From contig CAWGHD010000001.1 of the NCBI GenBank assembly GCA_963822295.1, forward strand, positions 4,577 through 68,576: DNA of 64,000 nucleotides, given 5' to 3'. The position numbers were made by a program, and so were the translations under genes. Positions 12,317-28,717 of the stretch are shown here, one piece after another (the stretch's first letter is position 1; the number at the start of each line of letters is the position of its first letter). The stretch comes from an uncultured Solirubrobacterales bacterium (GTDB taxonomy: Bacteria; Actinomycetota; Thermoleophilia; Solirubrobacterales; 70-9). The notes beneath the pieces were generated by a model. That model was given only the letters and a program-made list of their open reading frames with translations, ran no database searches and was not told where the DNA came from.

Positions 12317-13102
12317 ATGAGGATCGGCTTCTCAAAGACCGCCCTGGCGGCCCTCGGCATCCTCGCCGTGGCGGGGGCGGGCCTGGCCTCCGCGGAGGTC
12401 GGCCAAAAAGACAACATCCGGGTCACCTTCTCGGGCTCGATCGCCCCGGTCAAGCTGCCGCGCACCGGCACCGCCCCGATCGGGGTGCAGCTGGGCGGCA
12501 AGATCAAGACCACCGACCCGGCCAACCCGCCGATCCTCGACCGCATCATCCTCGAGATCAACCGCAACGGCCACATCCAGACCAAGGGCCTCGGGACCTG
12601 CTCGCTGGCAAAGCTGCGGTCGGTCTCCGCCGCGGCGGCCAAACGCAGCTGCGCCGAGGCCCTGATCGGCCGCGGCAACGTCACCTCCCGGGTCTCCTTC
12701 CCCGGCCAGGGCGCCTTCGCCGTCAACGGCACCCTGCTGGCCTTCAACGGCCGCCACAAGGGCGGGGAGGCGATCTTTGCCCAGGTCACCAACGGAGCGC
12801 CGCTGGTCACCACCTACGTGATCGTCTTCGAAGTCAAGAAGACCGGCGGCACCTTCGGTGCCTCCCTCAACGGCACCCTGCCCCCGATCGCCTCCGAATA
12901 CGGCTACATCTCCGCCTTCAACATGAACCTGCGCCGCACCTACACCTACAAGGGCAAGAAGATGAGCTACGCCTCTTCCGGCTGCCCGGCGGCGAAAGGA
13001 TTCCCCGGCGCCACCTTCCCGCTGGCAAGGGCGAGCTATGAGTTCGAGAGCGGGGTCAAGATAACGAGCACCTTGAATCGCGAATGCAAGGTAAGGGGGT
13101 AG
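12317..13102 (+). CDS. secreted single-module protein related to the four-module partners (261 aa)
   Basis: Signal peptide 'MRIGFSKTALAALGILAVAGAGLASA'. 'ILEINRNGHIQTKGLGTCSLAKLRSVSAAAAKRSCAEALIGRGNV' matches the Cys-pair module of 8776..11535. Paralog of 13108..13863. Confidence 0.65.
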   Translation: MRIGFSKTALAALGILAVAGAGLASAEVGQKDNIRVTFSGSIAPVKLPRTGTAPIGVQLGGKIKTTDPANPPILDRIILEINRNGHIQTKGLGTCSLAKLRSVSAAAAKRSCAEALIGRGNVTSRVSFPGQGAFAVNGTLLAFNGRHKGGEAIFAQVTNGAPLVTTYVIVFEVKKTGGTFGASLNGTLPPIASEYGYISAFNMNLRRTYTYKGKKMSYASSGCPAAKGFPGATFPLARASYEFESGVKITSTLNRECKVRG

Positions 13103-13107
13103 GGGAG

Positions 13108-13863
13108 ATGAGGAAGGCACTCGTATTGGTAGCAAGCCTGGCGCTGGTGGTGCCGGCGATCGCCCAGGCCGCCGGGCAGACGGTCAAGGCCGGCAACCTG
13201 GTGGTGAACATCGACGGCAAGATCACCCCCTCCAAGCTCTCCAAGACCAAGCCGGCGCCGATCGCCCTGGAAGTCAAAGGCTCCCTCGGCACCGCCGACG
13301 GCACCCACGTCCCCGCCCTCAAGGAACTGTTCCTGGAATTCGACAAAAACGGCCACCTCAACACCAAGGGCCTGGCCAGCTGCACGGTCGGCAAGCTGAA
13401 CTCGACCCTGACCTCCCAGGCCAAGCAGGTCTGCGGAGCGGCCCTGGTCGGCAGCGGTCGCGCCAGCGCCGAGATCGCCTTCCCAGAACAGCCCCCCTTC
13501 AGCGCCGGCGGGCCGCTTCTGATCTTCAACGGCTCCAAGGGCAACAAGCAGGAACTGATCATCCACGTCCACGCCTCGGTCCCGGCCCCGACCACCTTCG
13601 TCACCACCGCCAAGATCGGCAAGGGCAAGGGCCTCTACGGCACCTCGGCCAAGATCGCGGTGCCGACGATCACCTCCGGGCAGGGCTCCCTGATCGCCTT
13701 CAACGCGAAGATCTCCAAAACCTTCAAGGTCAAAGGTCAAAGCCAGGCGGTGCTGACCGCCACCTGCAAGACCGGCACCCTGCAGGCCTCGGGCGACTTC
13801 ACCTTCACCGACGGCACCAAGATGTCTGGCAAAGTAACCCGGCCCTGCACACCGAGCAAATGA
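13108..13863 (+). CDS. secreted single-module protein, paralog of 12317..13102 (251 aa from ATG 13108; ATG 13084 also possible)
   Basis: 'MRKALVLVASLALVVPAIAQA' signal peptide with GGGGAG just upstream. 'FLEFDKNGHLNTKGLASCTVGKLNSTLTSQAKQVCGAALVGSGRA' aligns residue-for-residue with the neighbouring gene. Confidence 0.65.
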   Translation: MRKALVLVASLALVVPAIAQAAGQTVKAGNLVVNIDGKITPSKLSKTKPAPIALEVKGSLGTADGTHVPALKELFLEFDKNGHLNTKGLASCTVGKLNSTLTSQAKQVCGAALVGSGRASAEIAFPEQPPFSAGGPLLIFNGSKGNKQELIIHVHASVPAPTTFVTTAKIGKGKGLYGTSAKIAVPTITSGQGSLIAFNAKISKTFKVKGQSQAVLTATCKTGTLQASGDFTFTDGTKMSGKVTRPCTPSK

Positions 13864-14351
13864 GGAGAGCCACCCCGATGAGAGCCCTCGCCGTCCTCGC
13901 CGCCACCGCGATCGCCGCCATGGCCATGGCCCCCGCGGCGCTGGCGATCGAGCGCCCCGAATACAAGGAAGCGGTCGAGCCGATCTGCCAGGCCAACACC
14001 AAAGCCAACGAACGCATCCTCAAGGGCGTGCGCAACTTGGTCAAAGACGGCAAGCTGGGCCCCGCCGCGACCAAGTTCTCAAAGGCCGGCGCCGCCTTAA
14101 AGAAAGCCCACACCCAGCTCACCGCGGTCGAAAAGCCCGCCGCCGACGTCGCCAAGCTCGACAAATGGCTGGGCTACGTAAAGACCGAGGCCGACCTCTT
14201 CAACCAGGTCGCCGCCAAGCTGCGCCAGAACAAGAAGGGCGCCGCCCAGACCCTGGTCAACAAGCTGACCACCAACGCCAACCAGGCAAACGCCCAGGTG
14301 CTGGCCTTCGGCTTCCGCTACTGCCGCTTCGAACCCTCCAAATTCACCTAG
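13860..14351 (+). CDS. small secreted hypothetical protein (163 aa; alternative start 13878)
   Basis: ATGA overlap with the upstream stop. Signal peptide 'MRALAVLAATAIAAMAMAPAALA'. Helical, Lys/Ala-rich mature part. No family recognised. Confidence 0.55.
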   Translation: MRRATPMRALAVLAATAIAAMAMAPAALAIERPEYKEAVEPICQANTKANERILKGVRNLVKDGKLGPAATKFSKAGAALKKAHTQLTAVEKPAADVAKLDKWLGYVKTEADLFNQVAAKLRQNKKGAAQTLVNKLTTNANQANAQVLAFGFRYCRFEPSKFT

Positions 14352-14364
14352 GGGCCAACGCGCC

Positions 14365-14893
14365 TTGCGCGCCAGCCTCATAGCCCTCGCCCTCACCGCC
14401 GCCCTGGCCCTCGCCGGCTGCGGCGGGGATGGCGATGGGGAGGACTCCACCTCCGTGGCACCGGCGGCTATCGCCGAAGCCGCCTCCCTCGCCGAACCGC
14501 CCCCCAAGGGCGCCTCCTTGCAGCTCAAAGAGCTCTACCGCCAGTTCCAGCCGCCAAAGCCAGACCCCGAGGTGGCAGGGGTCGGCCAAGGCGATCGAGA
14601 AGGGCGAAGCCACCTGCGAGGGCAAGACCCCGATCGAGATCCGCGAAGCCTTCATCGCCGAAGCCGACCTCAGCGAAGACCAGCAAGAGGCGGTATCGGA
14701 ACTGCCGCGCTTTGAAGCCAATCCCTCCCCGAGCTTCCCCGCCGGGCAGGTCGCCGCCCTCGTCTACCAGCGCAGCCTCCCCGGTGAGATCCTCCCCTCC
14801 TACGGCTTCCAGGGCTGCGTCTACGCGCTCTCGCTGGGGCTGAAGGCCGAGCTGGCGCCAAAGGCCGGCGCCAAGACCAAGGAAGGCAAATGA
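14365..14893 (+). CDS. putative lipoprotein (one apparent +1 disruption near 14580)
   Basis: Lipobox 'LALAGC' in 'MRASLIALALTAALALAGCGGDGDG'. ORF 14365..14715 continues in ORF 14429..14893 ('SAKAIEKGEATCEGKTPIEIREAFIAEADL..'), which keeps a coding-like composition. Confidence 0.55.
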
Positions 14894-15612
14894 AAAAGAC
14901 GATCGCGATAGCGCTGCTGCTGGGCCTGGCGATCGCCGGCGGCTGCGGCGGGGACTCCGGCTCAGACTCCTCGAGCACCGAGACCGCCACGACCGAGGCC
15001 ACCACAACCCAGGGCGGCAAGGACGAGGGCGCCGCCAAGGCCGCTGGCCCCGGCCAGGCCAAGGGCAACCAGGGTCCGCGAAGCAAGGCCAAGCGCAAGG
15101 TCGCCCAGCGCGAGGGCGCCTTGATCGAGGACACCGGAGGGGCCAAGACCCCCGCCGGAGCGGCCCCCGCCGAGCCCGAAGAGTTCATCGCCCCCAAGGG
15201 CGGCGATGACTCGATCCAGACCTACGGCGAGGCGGCCGATGGCACGGAAGAAGAAGAGATCATCGCCGCGATGCGCTCCTTCTTCACCGCGATGGCGACG
15301 CTCGATTACCCGGGCGTCTGCGCCGGCCTGACCGAGTCAAACCGCGAATCGCTGCTGCTCTACCTCAAAACCAAAGAGCAGCAGGGAAGCTGTGAGACGG
15401 TGCTCGAGGGGCTGCTGCTGGCCCAGGCCGCACCGGAAGCCCGCAAGGCCGCCAACGGCAGCGTCCTGGAAGCCCGCGTGCAGGACGGCAACGCCTTCGT
15501 CCTCTTTACCCCCGAAGGCGGCGAGCCCTCCTACTTCGTGATGAAAGCCGAAGATGATGGCTGGCGCTCGACCAGCCTCGCCGCTGGGACGCCGTTTGAT
15601 CCGGTGGGGTGA
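14890..15612 (+). CDS. putative lipoprotein (240 aa)
   Basis: ATGA overlap with the upstream stop. 'MKKTIAIALLLGLAIAGGCGGDSGS' (lipobox-like IAGGC). Low-complexity linker, then a globular C-terminal domain. No family recognised. Confidence 0.6.
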   Translation: MKKTIAIALLLGLAIAGGCGGDSGSDSSSTETATTEATTTQGGKDEGAAKAAGPGQAKGNQGPRSKAKRKVAQREGALIEDTGGAKTPAGAAPAEPEEFIAPKGGDDSIQTYGEAADGTEEEEIIAAMRSFFTAMATLDYPGVCAGLTESNRESLLLYLKTKEQQGSCETVLEGLLLAQAAPEARKAANGSVLEARVQDGNAFVLFTPEGGEPSYFVMKAEDDGWRSTSLAAGTPFDPVG

Positions 15613-15657
15613 GGAAGCGGGCCTCGCCCACGTCCCGTCGCTAGAGTTGCTTTTCCC

Positions 15658-15730
<73 letters not shown>

Positions 15731-15782
15731 TCTGCGCGCCCTGCGAGCCCTCCGCCGCGCGCTGACGCTAGGCTCCCCGCCC

Positions 15783-16929
15783 GTGGACTTCTCTCTGACC
15801 GACGAGCAGCAGGACTTCGTCGCCGCGATCCGCGATTTCTGCGAGCGCGAGTGCGGGACCCAGGAGCAGCGCGAGAGGCTGACCGAGGGCTACACGAGCT
15901 CCACCACAACGACGCCCTCTACAAGCAGATGGCCGAGCTGGGCTGGCTCGGCGTCACGATTCCCGAGGAGTACGGCGGCTCGGGCGGCTCGATGCTCGAC
16001 GCCTGCCTCTTCATGGAGGAGATCCGCGCGGGGTCTGGCCCCGATCGGCGGCTACGCGACGACGCTGATCGTCGCCGGCGCCACCCAGCGCTTCGGCACC
16101 GACGAGCAGAAGCGGGAGATCCTCGGCGGGATCGCCGGTGGCGCGGTCGAGGCGATCGCGATGACCGAGCCCGAGGCCGGCTCCGACGTCGGCGCTCTCA
16201 CCACCTCGGCCGAGCGGGTCAACGGCGGCTTCGTCCTCAACGGGCAGAAGGTCTTCATCTCCAACGCCCACATCGCCGACCACATCCTCGTCGTCTGCCG
16301 TACGACCAAGGGCGAGTCCAAGCACGAGGGCCTCTCGATGATCTGGCTCCCCCGCGAGACGAAGGGGCTCGAGATCGTCCCGATCAAGACGATGGGCGGC
16401 GAAGAGACCAACCACCTCTACCTGACCGATGTCGAGGCTCCCGGCCGACGCCGTCCTCGGCGAGGTCGACCAGGCCTGGACCCAGCTGATGGCGGGGCTC
16501 AACGTCGAGCGGCTGATCCTCGCCGCGACGATGCTCGGCATCGCCCAGCGCGCCTTCGACGATGCCCTCGCCTACGTCAAGGAGCGCAAGCAGTTCGGCC
16601 GCCCGATCGGCTCCTTCCAGGCGCTCCAGCACCGGCTCGCCGACATGGCAACCGAAATCGAGGCCGCTCGCCTGATGACCCGCTGGGTGGCGACCCTGAC
16701 CGACGAGGACCCCGGCCGGATGCTGCCGCGCGAGGCATCGATGGTGAAGCTGCATGTGACCGAGGTCGCCAAACGCGTCGCGGTCGAGGGAATGCAGCTG
16801 ATGGGCGGCTACGGCTACTCCTCCGAGTACGACATGGAGCGCCTCGTCCGCGCGACGATGGTCTCGACGATCTACGGCGGCACCTCGGAGATCCAGCGCA
16901 CGATCATCGCCAAGACGCTCGGGCTCTGA
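15783..16929 (+). CDS. acyl-CoA dehydrogenase (3 apparent disruptions near 15893, 16026, 16438)
   Basis: 'MDFSLTDEQQDFVAAIRDFCEREC', 'LYKQMAELGWLGVTIPEEYGGSG', 'AMTEPEAGSDVGALTTSAERVNGGFVLNGQKVFISNA' and 'ERKQFGRPIGSFQALQHRLADMATEIEAARL..YGGTSEIQRTIIAKTLGL' are typical ACAD motifs. They are spread over ORFs 15783.., 15689.. and 16429..16929. Confidence 0.85.
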
Positions 16930-17004
16930 GTAGGAGAGAGGGGCGCTAGGCACCGCGTCGGACGGCACCGCGCCTCGGTGCCTCATAGCGCTATTCTTCG
17001 GTTC

Positions 17005-17031
17005 AGCCTCGTGCCTCGGCCCGAGGCTTTT
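17005..17031 (+). terminator. intrinsic-terminator-like hairpin after the acyl-CoA dehydrogenase gene
   Basis: AGCCTCG..CGAGGCT stem (17005-17011 / 17022-17028) followed by TTTT. Confidence 0.45.
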
Positions 17032-17066
17032 CCTTGTAACGACTTCCGTACGGCAACGAGGGAGAA

Positions 17067-17231
17067 ATGGCTCGCGGAGATGTCCGCATCGCGGTGACGC
17101 TGGCTTGCGAAGACTGCAAGCGACGCAACTACCAGACCAACAAGTCCCGGCGGAATTCGCCGGATCGCATCGAGCTGCGCAAGTTCTGCCGCTGGTGCGG
17201 CCGCCACACGGCCCACAAGGAGACGCGGTAA
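17067..17231 (+). CDS. rpmG: 50S ribosomal protein L33 (54 aa, Cys4 zinc type)
   Basis: Not in the ORF track (<60 aa). My translation is '[54 protein letters not shown]'. GGGAG lies upstream. It occupies the canonical position before secE. Confidence 0.9.
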   Translation: MARGDVRIAVTLACEDCKRRNYQTNKSRRNSPDRIELRKFCRWCGRHTAHKETR

Positions 17232-17237
17232 GAGCCG

Positions 17238-17766
17238 ATGGCGAAGACCCGCGCACAGCGCAAGGCCGAGCGCCGCGCTCGCGAAGCCCAGGAGCAGAAA
17301 CGCTCCGAGGGCGGCAGCAGCCGCCGAGTCCGCGCCCAGCACGACACCCAGGTCCCCGTCTCCGGCGACGTCGCCGAGGTCGAGGCGGTCGAGGCCGGCA
17401 TCGCCGCCGGCGCTCCCGAGAGCAGACCTCGAGACCCCCGACGCGCCGAAGCCGACTCGCGAGCCGAGCGCCGCGCCGAGGCCAAGAAGGCCAAGGAAGC
17501 GGAGAAGCGCAAGCGCGAGGAGCGCAAGCGCCGGGAGCGCGAGCAGCTCGCCAAGCGCCAGAAGCAGGCGCAGGCCGAGCGCCAGCGCGGCGGCGTGCTT
17601 CGGCTTCTTCGCCTCCTGCTGGGCCGAGCTGAAGAAGGTCCAGTGGCCCGACCGCGACACCCTGGTCCAGGCGACGGCGGTGACGATCATCTTCGTCGCC
17701 GTCGCGGCCGCCTACCTCGGCGCCCTCGACGGCGTCTTCAACTTCTTGATCCAGCGGATCCTTTAG
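17238..17766 (+). CDS. secE: preprotein translocase subunit SecE with a ~120-aa charged N-terminal extension (one apparent +1 disruption near 17593)
   Basis: Frame 1 gives 'FGFFASCWAELKKVQWPDRDTLVQATAVTIIFVAVAAAYLGALDGVFNFLIQRIL*', the SecE core, with stop at 17764-17766. That frame has no start. The K/R/E-rich ORF from ATG 17238 (frame 3) runs into it. Confidence 0.75.
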
Positions 17767-17804
17767 CCGCGGATTCCGACAAACCCCGAACAAAGGCTTC
17801 TCAG

Positions 17805-18329
17805 ATGTATCGCTGGTACGTGATCAACACCTACTCCGGGCACGAGAACAAGGTCAAGCACAACCTCGAGCACCGGGTGCAGACGATGAGCCAGAACCGC
17901 AACGTGCGCCAGGTCGTCGTCCCGACCGAGCAGGTGATGGAGACTAACAAGGACGGCCAGAAAGAACCGAACGAGAAACGGACGATGCCCGGCTACGTCC
18001 TGGTCAACATGGAGATGACCGACGACGCCTGGGGCCTGGTCAAGAACACCCCCGGCGTCACCGGCTTCGTCGGCTCGCGCAACAAGCCGGTGCCGCTCTC
18101 CAAACCCGAGGTCGACCGCCTCCTGCACCGCGAGACCGCCGAGCGGCCGCGGACCCAGGCCCAGTTCTCGATCGGCGAGTCGGTCAAGGTCATCTCCGGC
18201 CCGCTCTCCGACTTCTCCGGCGAGATCGCCGAGATCAACGAGGACGCCGCCAAACTCAAGGTGCTGGTCTCGATCTTCGGCCGCGAGACGCCGGTCGAGG
18301 TCGGCTACGACCAGGTCAAGAAGATCTAG
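17805..18329 (+). CDS. nusG: transcription termination/antitermination factor NusG
   Basis: '[109 protein letters not shown]' shows the NGN and KOW domains. It follows secE. Confidence 0.95.
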   Translation: MYRWYVINTYSGHENKVKHNLEHRVQTMSQNRNVRQVVVPTEQVMETNKDGQKEPNEKRTMPGYVLVNMEMTDDAWGLVKNTPGVTGFVGSRNKPVPLSKPEVDRLLHRETAERPRTQAQFSIGESVKVISGPLSDFSGEIAEINEDAAKLKVLVSIFGRETPVEVGYDQVKKI

Positions 18330-18357
18330 CTCAGGCCCGCTACCCTCTCCGATCCCG

Positions 18358-18780
18358 ATGGCGAAGAAAGTCCTCACAATCATCAAGCTGCAGATCCAGG
18401 CAGGCAACGCCAACCCGGCGCCGCCGGTCGGCCCCGCGCTCGGCCAGCACGGCGTCAACATCATGGAGTTCTGCAAAGCGTTCAACGCCCAGACCCAGGC
18501 CGAGGGCGGCACGATCATCCCGGTCGAGATCACCGTCTACGAGGACCGCTCCTTCGACTTCATCACCAAGACGCCGCCCGCCGCGGTCCTGATCAAGGAG
18601 GCGATCGGGATCTAGAAGGGCTCCGGCGAGCCCCACGTCAACAAGGTCGGGACGATCTCGATGGACCAGGTCCGCCAGATCGCCGAGCGCAAGATGCCCG
18701 ACCTCAACGCCAACGACCTCGACGCCGCCTCGAAGATCATCGCCGGCACCGCCCGCTCGATGGGCGTCGACGTCAAATAG
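18358..18780 (+). CDS. rplK: 50S ribosomal protein L11 with an in-frame TAG at 18613-18615
   Basis: '[113 protein letters not shown]'. The same frame continues with canonical L11 sequence after the TAG. Confidence 0.9.
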
Positions 18781-18786
18781 GGACTC

Positions 18787-19623
18787 GTGGCGCACGGCAA
18801 ACGCTACCGCCAGCAGTACGGCAAGGTCCAGCGCGACCGGGCCTACCCGCCGGCCGAGGCGATCGCCCTGGTCAAGGAGACCGCGAGCGCCAAATTCGAC
18901 GAGACGGTCGAGCTGCACATGCTGCTCGGCGTCAACGTCCGCCACGCCGAGGAGCAGCTGCGCGGGACCCTCGCTCTGCCGCACGGGCTCGGCAAAGACG
19001 TGACCATCGCCGTCTTCGCCCAGGGCCAGCAGGCCCGTGACGCAGAGGCCGCCGGAGCCGATTTCGTCGGCGGCGACGACCTCGCCGAGAAAGTCGAGGA
19101 GGGCTGGACCGACTTCGACGTCGCGATCGCGACGCCCGCACATGATGGGGACGGTCGGCAAGCTCGGCCGCGTGCTCGGGCCCGCAGGGCAAGATGCCGA
19201 ACCCGAAGGTCGGCACCGTCACCGACGACATCGAGAAGGCCGTCACCGACGTCCAAGGCCGGCAAGGTCGAGTACCGCACCGACCGCCAGGCGATCGTCC
19301 ACATGACGATCGGCAAGGCCAGCTTCGAGGCAGACGAAGCTGCTCGACAACTACACCGCGGTGATCGACGAGATCGTCCGCGCCAAGCCGTCCTCGGCCA
19401 AGGGCCGGTACATCCGCTCGGCGACGCTGACGACGACGATGGGCCCCGGCATCCGGGTCGACGCCGGCAAGGCGGGCGACACTCCCGAGCCGTCAAAGCG
19501 CGCCGCCGAGCCGGAGCCACAGGCCGAGGAGCCGGAGGCTCCCGAGGCCGACGCTCCCGAGGTCGAGGCCGAGCCCGAGGCTCCGCCGAGGCCCAGTCCG
19601 CAGAGGAAACGGCGACCGCCTAA
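18787..19623 (+). CDS. rplA: 50S ribosomal protein L1 with an acidic C-terminal tail (5 apparent disruptions near 19139, 19188, 19254, 19336, 19580)
   Basis: The chain '[23 protein letters not shown]' / '[14 protein letters not shown]' / '[21 protein letters not shown]' / '[27 protein letters not shown]' / '[41 protein letters not shown]' reconstitutes L1 across three frames. The likely end is '[12 protein letters not shown]' at 19623. Confidence 0.85.
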   Translation: MAHGKRYRQQYGKVQRDRAYPPAEAIALVKETASAKFDETVELHMLLGVNVRHAEEQLRGTLALPHGLGKDVTIAVFAQGQQARDAEAAGADFVGGDDLAEKVEEGWTDFDVAIATPAHDGDGRQARPRARARRARCRTRRSAPSPTTSRRPSPTSKAGKVEYRTDRQAIVHMTIGKASFEADEAARQLHRGDRRDRPRQAVLGQGPVHPLGDADDDDGPRHPGRRRQGGRHSRAVKARRRAGATGRGAGGSRGRRSRGRGRARGSAEAQSAEETATA

Positions 19624-19695
19624 ACTGCGACGCCGCGCAAGCCCGAGACCACCGGCGGGGCCGCTAGGCCCGCAAGCCCGGTGCAGGTGAGACCA

Positions 19696-20478
19696 ATGAA
19701 CCGAGACGAAAAGTCAGCCACCATCGAGGAGATCGCCGCCCAGATCGAGGGCGCCGAGGCGATCTTCGCGGTTGACTACCGGGGCATCAGCGTCGCCCAG
19801 GCCGCCGAGCTGCGCGGCAAGCTGCGTGAGGCCGACGCCAGCTTCCGGGTCGTCAAGAACCGGCTGACCAAACTCGCCGCCGACAAGGCCGGCGAGGATC
19901 GCCTCGCCGAGCTGCTCCAGGGCCCGACCGCCCTCACCTTCGTCCGCGGCGACACCGCCAGCGCCGCGAAGGCGATCACGACCTTCAACAAAGAGCACGA
20001 CGTGCTCAGTCTTCAAGGGCGGCTTCATGGGCGAACGTCCTCGCTCGACGAGGACGGGTTCAAATCGATCGCCCGCCTGCCCTCGCGCGAAGTCCTCGAT
20101 CGGCAGCTCGCCGGCGTCGTCGCCAGCCCGCTGACCGGCCTGGTCCGCGGCCTCGGCTCGATGATCCAGGGCCTCGCCCTCCAGCTCGGCCAGATCGCCG
20201 AGAAAGGACTCGTCAGCGGGGAGGCCCCGGCCGAGGAGAAGGCGGAGGAGGCCCCGGCCGAGGAGCCCGCCGCCGAGGAGACCCCGACTGAGGAGGAGGA
20301 GGCACCCGCCGAGGAGCCCGCCGCCGAGGAGGAGGCCCCCGCCGCTGAGGAGCCGGCCGACGAGGAGGCCCCCGCGGAGGAGGACGCCCCCGCCGAGGAG
20401 GACAAGACTGATGAGCCCGAGGCCGAGCCGGCCGAGGACTCAGAGACTTCAGAGACTGACAAAAAGGAAGAGGAGTAG
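19696..20478 (+). CDS. rplJ: 50S ribosomal protein L10 with a ~85-aa acidic C-terminal extension (compensating indel pair near 20010 and 20040)
   Basis: 'MNRDEKSATIEEIAAQIEGAEAIFAVDYRGISVAQAAELRGKLREADASFRVVKNRL..ARLPSREVLDRQLAGVVASPLTGLVRGL'. The alternate frame gives the canonical 'FKGGFMGERP' between the two indels. The tail is 'EAPAEEKAEEAPAEEPAAEE..KKEEE*'. Confidence 0.9.
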   Translation: MNRDEKSATIEEIAAQIEGAEAIFAVDYRGISVAQAAELRGKLREADASFRVVKNRLTKLAADKAGEDRLAELLQGPTALTFVRGDTASAAKAITTFNKEHDVLSLQGRLHGRTSSLDEDGFKSIARLPSREVLDRQLAGVVASPLTGLVRGLGSMIQGLALQLGQIAEKGLVSGEAPAEEKAEEAPAEEPAAEETPTEEEEAPAEEPAAEEEAPAAEEPADEEAPAEEDAPAEEDKTDEPEAEPAEDSETSETDKKEEE

Positions 20479-20870
20479 ATGGCCACCAAAGTCAAAACTG
20501 AGGATTGGATCGAGGAGCTCAAAGGCATCTCGGTCCTCGAGCTCTCCGAGCGGATCAAAGCGCTCGAGGAGGAGTTCGGCGTCTCCGCGACCGCGGTCGC
20601 CGCGGCCGCCCCGGCCGCCGGCGCCCCCGCCGGCGACGGCGACGGTGCCGCCGAGGAGAGCTCCACGGTCGACGTGTGCTGACCGAGGTCGGCGGCCAGA
20701 AAGTGCCGGTGATCAAGGTCGTCCGCGCCGCGACGGGCCTCGGCCTGAAAGAGGCCAAGGCGATCGTCGACGATGCCCCGAAAGCGATCAAAGAGGGCCT
20801 CGACCGCGACGAGGCCGAGAAGTTCAAAGCCGAACTCGAGGAGGCGGGCGCCACCGTCGAGCTCAAGTAA
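20479..20870 (+). CDS. rplL: 50S ribosomal protein L7/L12 (one apparent 1-nt deletion near 20673)
   Basis: '[37 protein letters not shown]' then, in the other frame, '[64 protein letters not shown]'. Confidence 0.9.
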
Positions 20871-20915
20871 AGCCCGGTGTAGCAGCGGTTCGGGTCCAGG
20901 CAGGAAGCCGAGTCC

Positions 20916-20945
20916 GCGGCCGAGCGCGGCCGTGTGTTATTTTTT
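20916..20945 (+). terminator. hairpin + T-run between rplL and rpoB (attenuator/terminator-like)
   Basis: GCGGCCG-AGCG-CGGCCGT stem-loop (20916-20933) followed by GTGTTATTTTTT. Confidence 0.5.
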
Positions 20946-21026
20946 GCGGTCGCGCGCCTGTTGTGTCCCCCTGCCCATATCTGCGCTTTATCTACGTCCC
21001 TCTGACCGCCTGAGGAGTCGCCGACT

Positions 21027-28640
<7,614 letters not shown>

Positions 28641-28647
28641 CCGTCGA

Positions 28648-28695
28648 TCGAGTGGCGGCTCACCGCCCCCATGGGGGCGGTGAGCCGCCACTCGA
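28648..28695 (+). terminator. perfect 48-nt palindrome (24-bp arms) just after rpoC; terminator-like hairpin without a T-run
   Basis: TCGAGTGGCGGCTCACCGCCCCCA|TGGGGGCGGTGAGCCGCCACTCGA read directly; it starts 8 nt after the rpoC stop. Confidence 0.5.
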
Positions 28696-28717
28696 CGCTG
28701 CTCGGTAGATTGGCCGC

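Noticed and set aside
17238-18329. Single 363-aa ORF spanning secE and nusG, and 657-aa ORF 41354..43327 spanning rpsQ/rplN/rplX/rplE.
   Set aside because: These are read-through artefacts. The conserved SecE core is in a different frame and has its own stop at 17766, and NusG starts at Met 17805. ORF 41354.. is off-frame junk until it enters the L24 and L5 frames.
18613-18615. TAG in rplK as a recoded (pyrrolysine-type) or reassigned codon.
   Set aside because: TAG is used as an ordinary terminator by several genes in this window (rplK itself, rplJ, adk, rpmJ, rplQ, secE). No pyl genes are visible, and the window is full of other sequence lesions.
19624-19695. L10 (rplJ) leader / autoregulatory RNA between rplA and rplJ, and an S10-leader-like structure in 36086..36219.
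   Set aside because: Only short G/C stems and a repeated 'CGCAAGCCCG' are visible. I cannot fold or score these against covariance models by eye, and the rplA 3' end itself is uncertain. They are not reportable as features.
20946-21026. Sigma-70-type promoter hexamers upstream of rpoB and upstream of other operons.
   Set aside because: Candidate TTGxxx / TAxxxT pairs have the wrong spacing, and the consensus is weak in GC-rich Actinomycetota. I cannot support any call except the tentative leaderless geometry noted for fusA.
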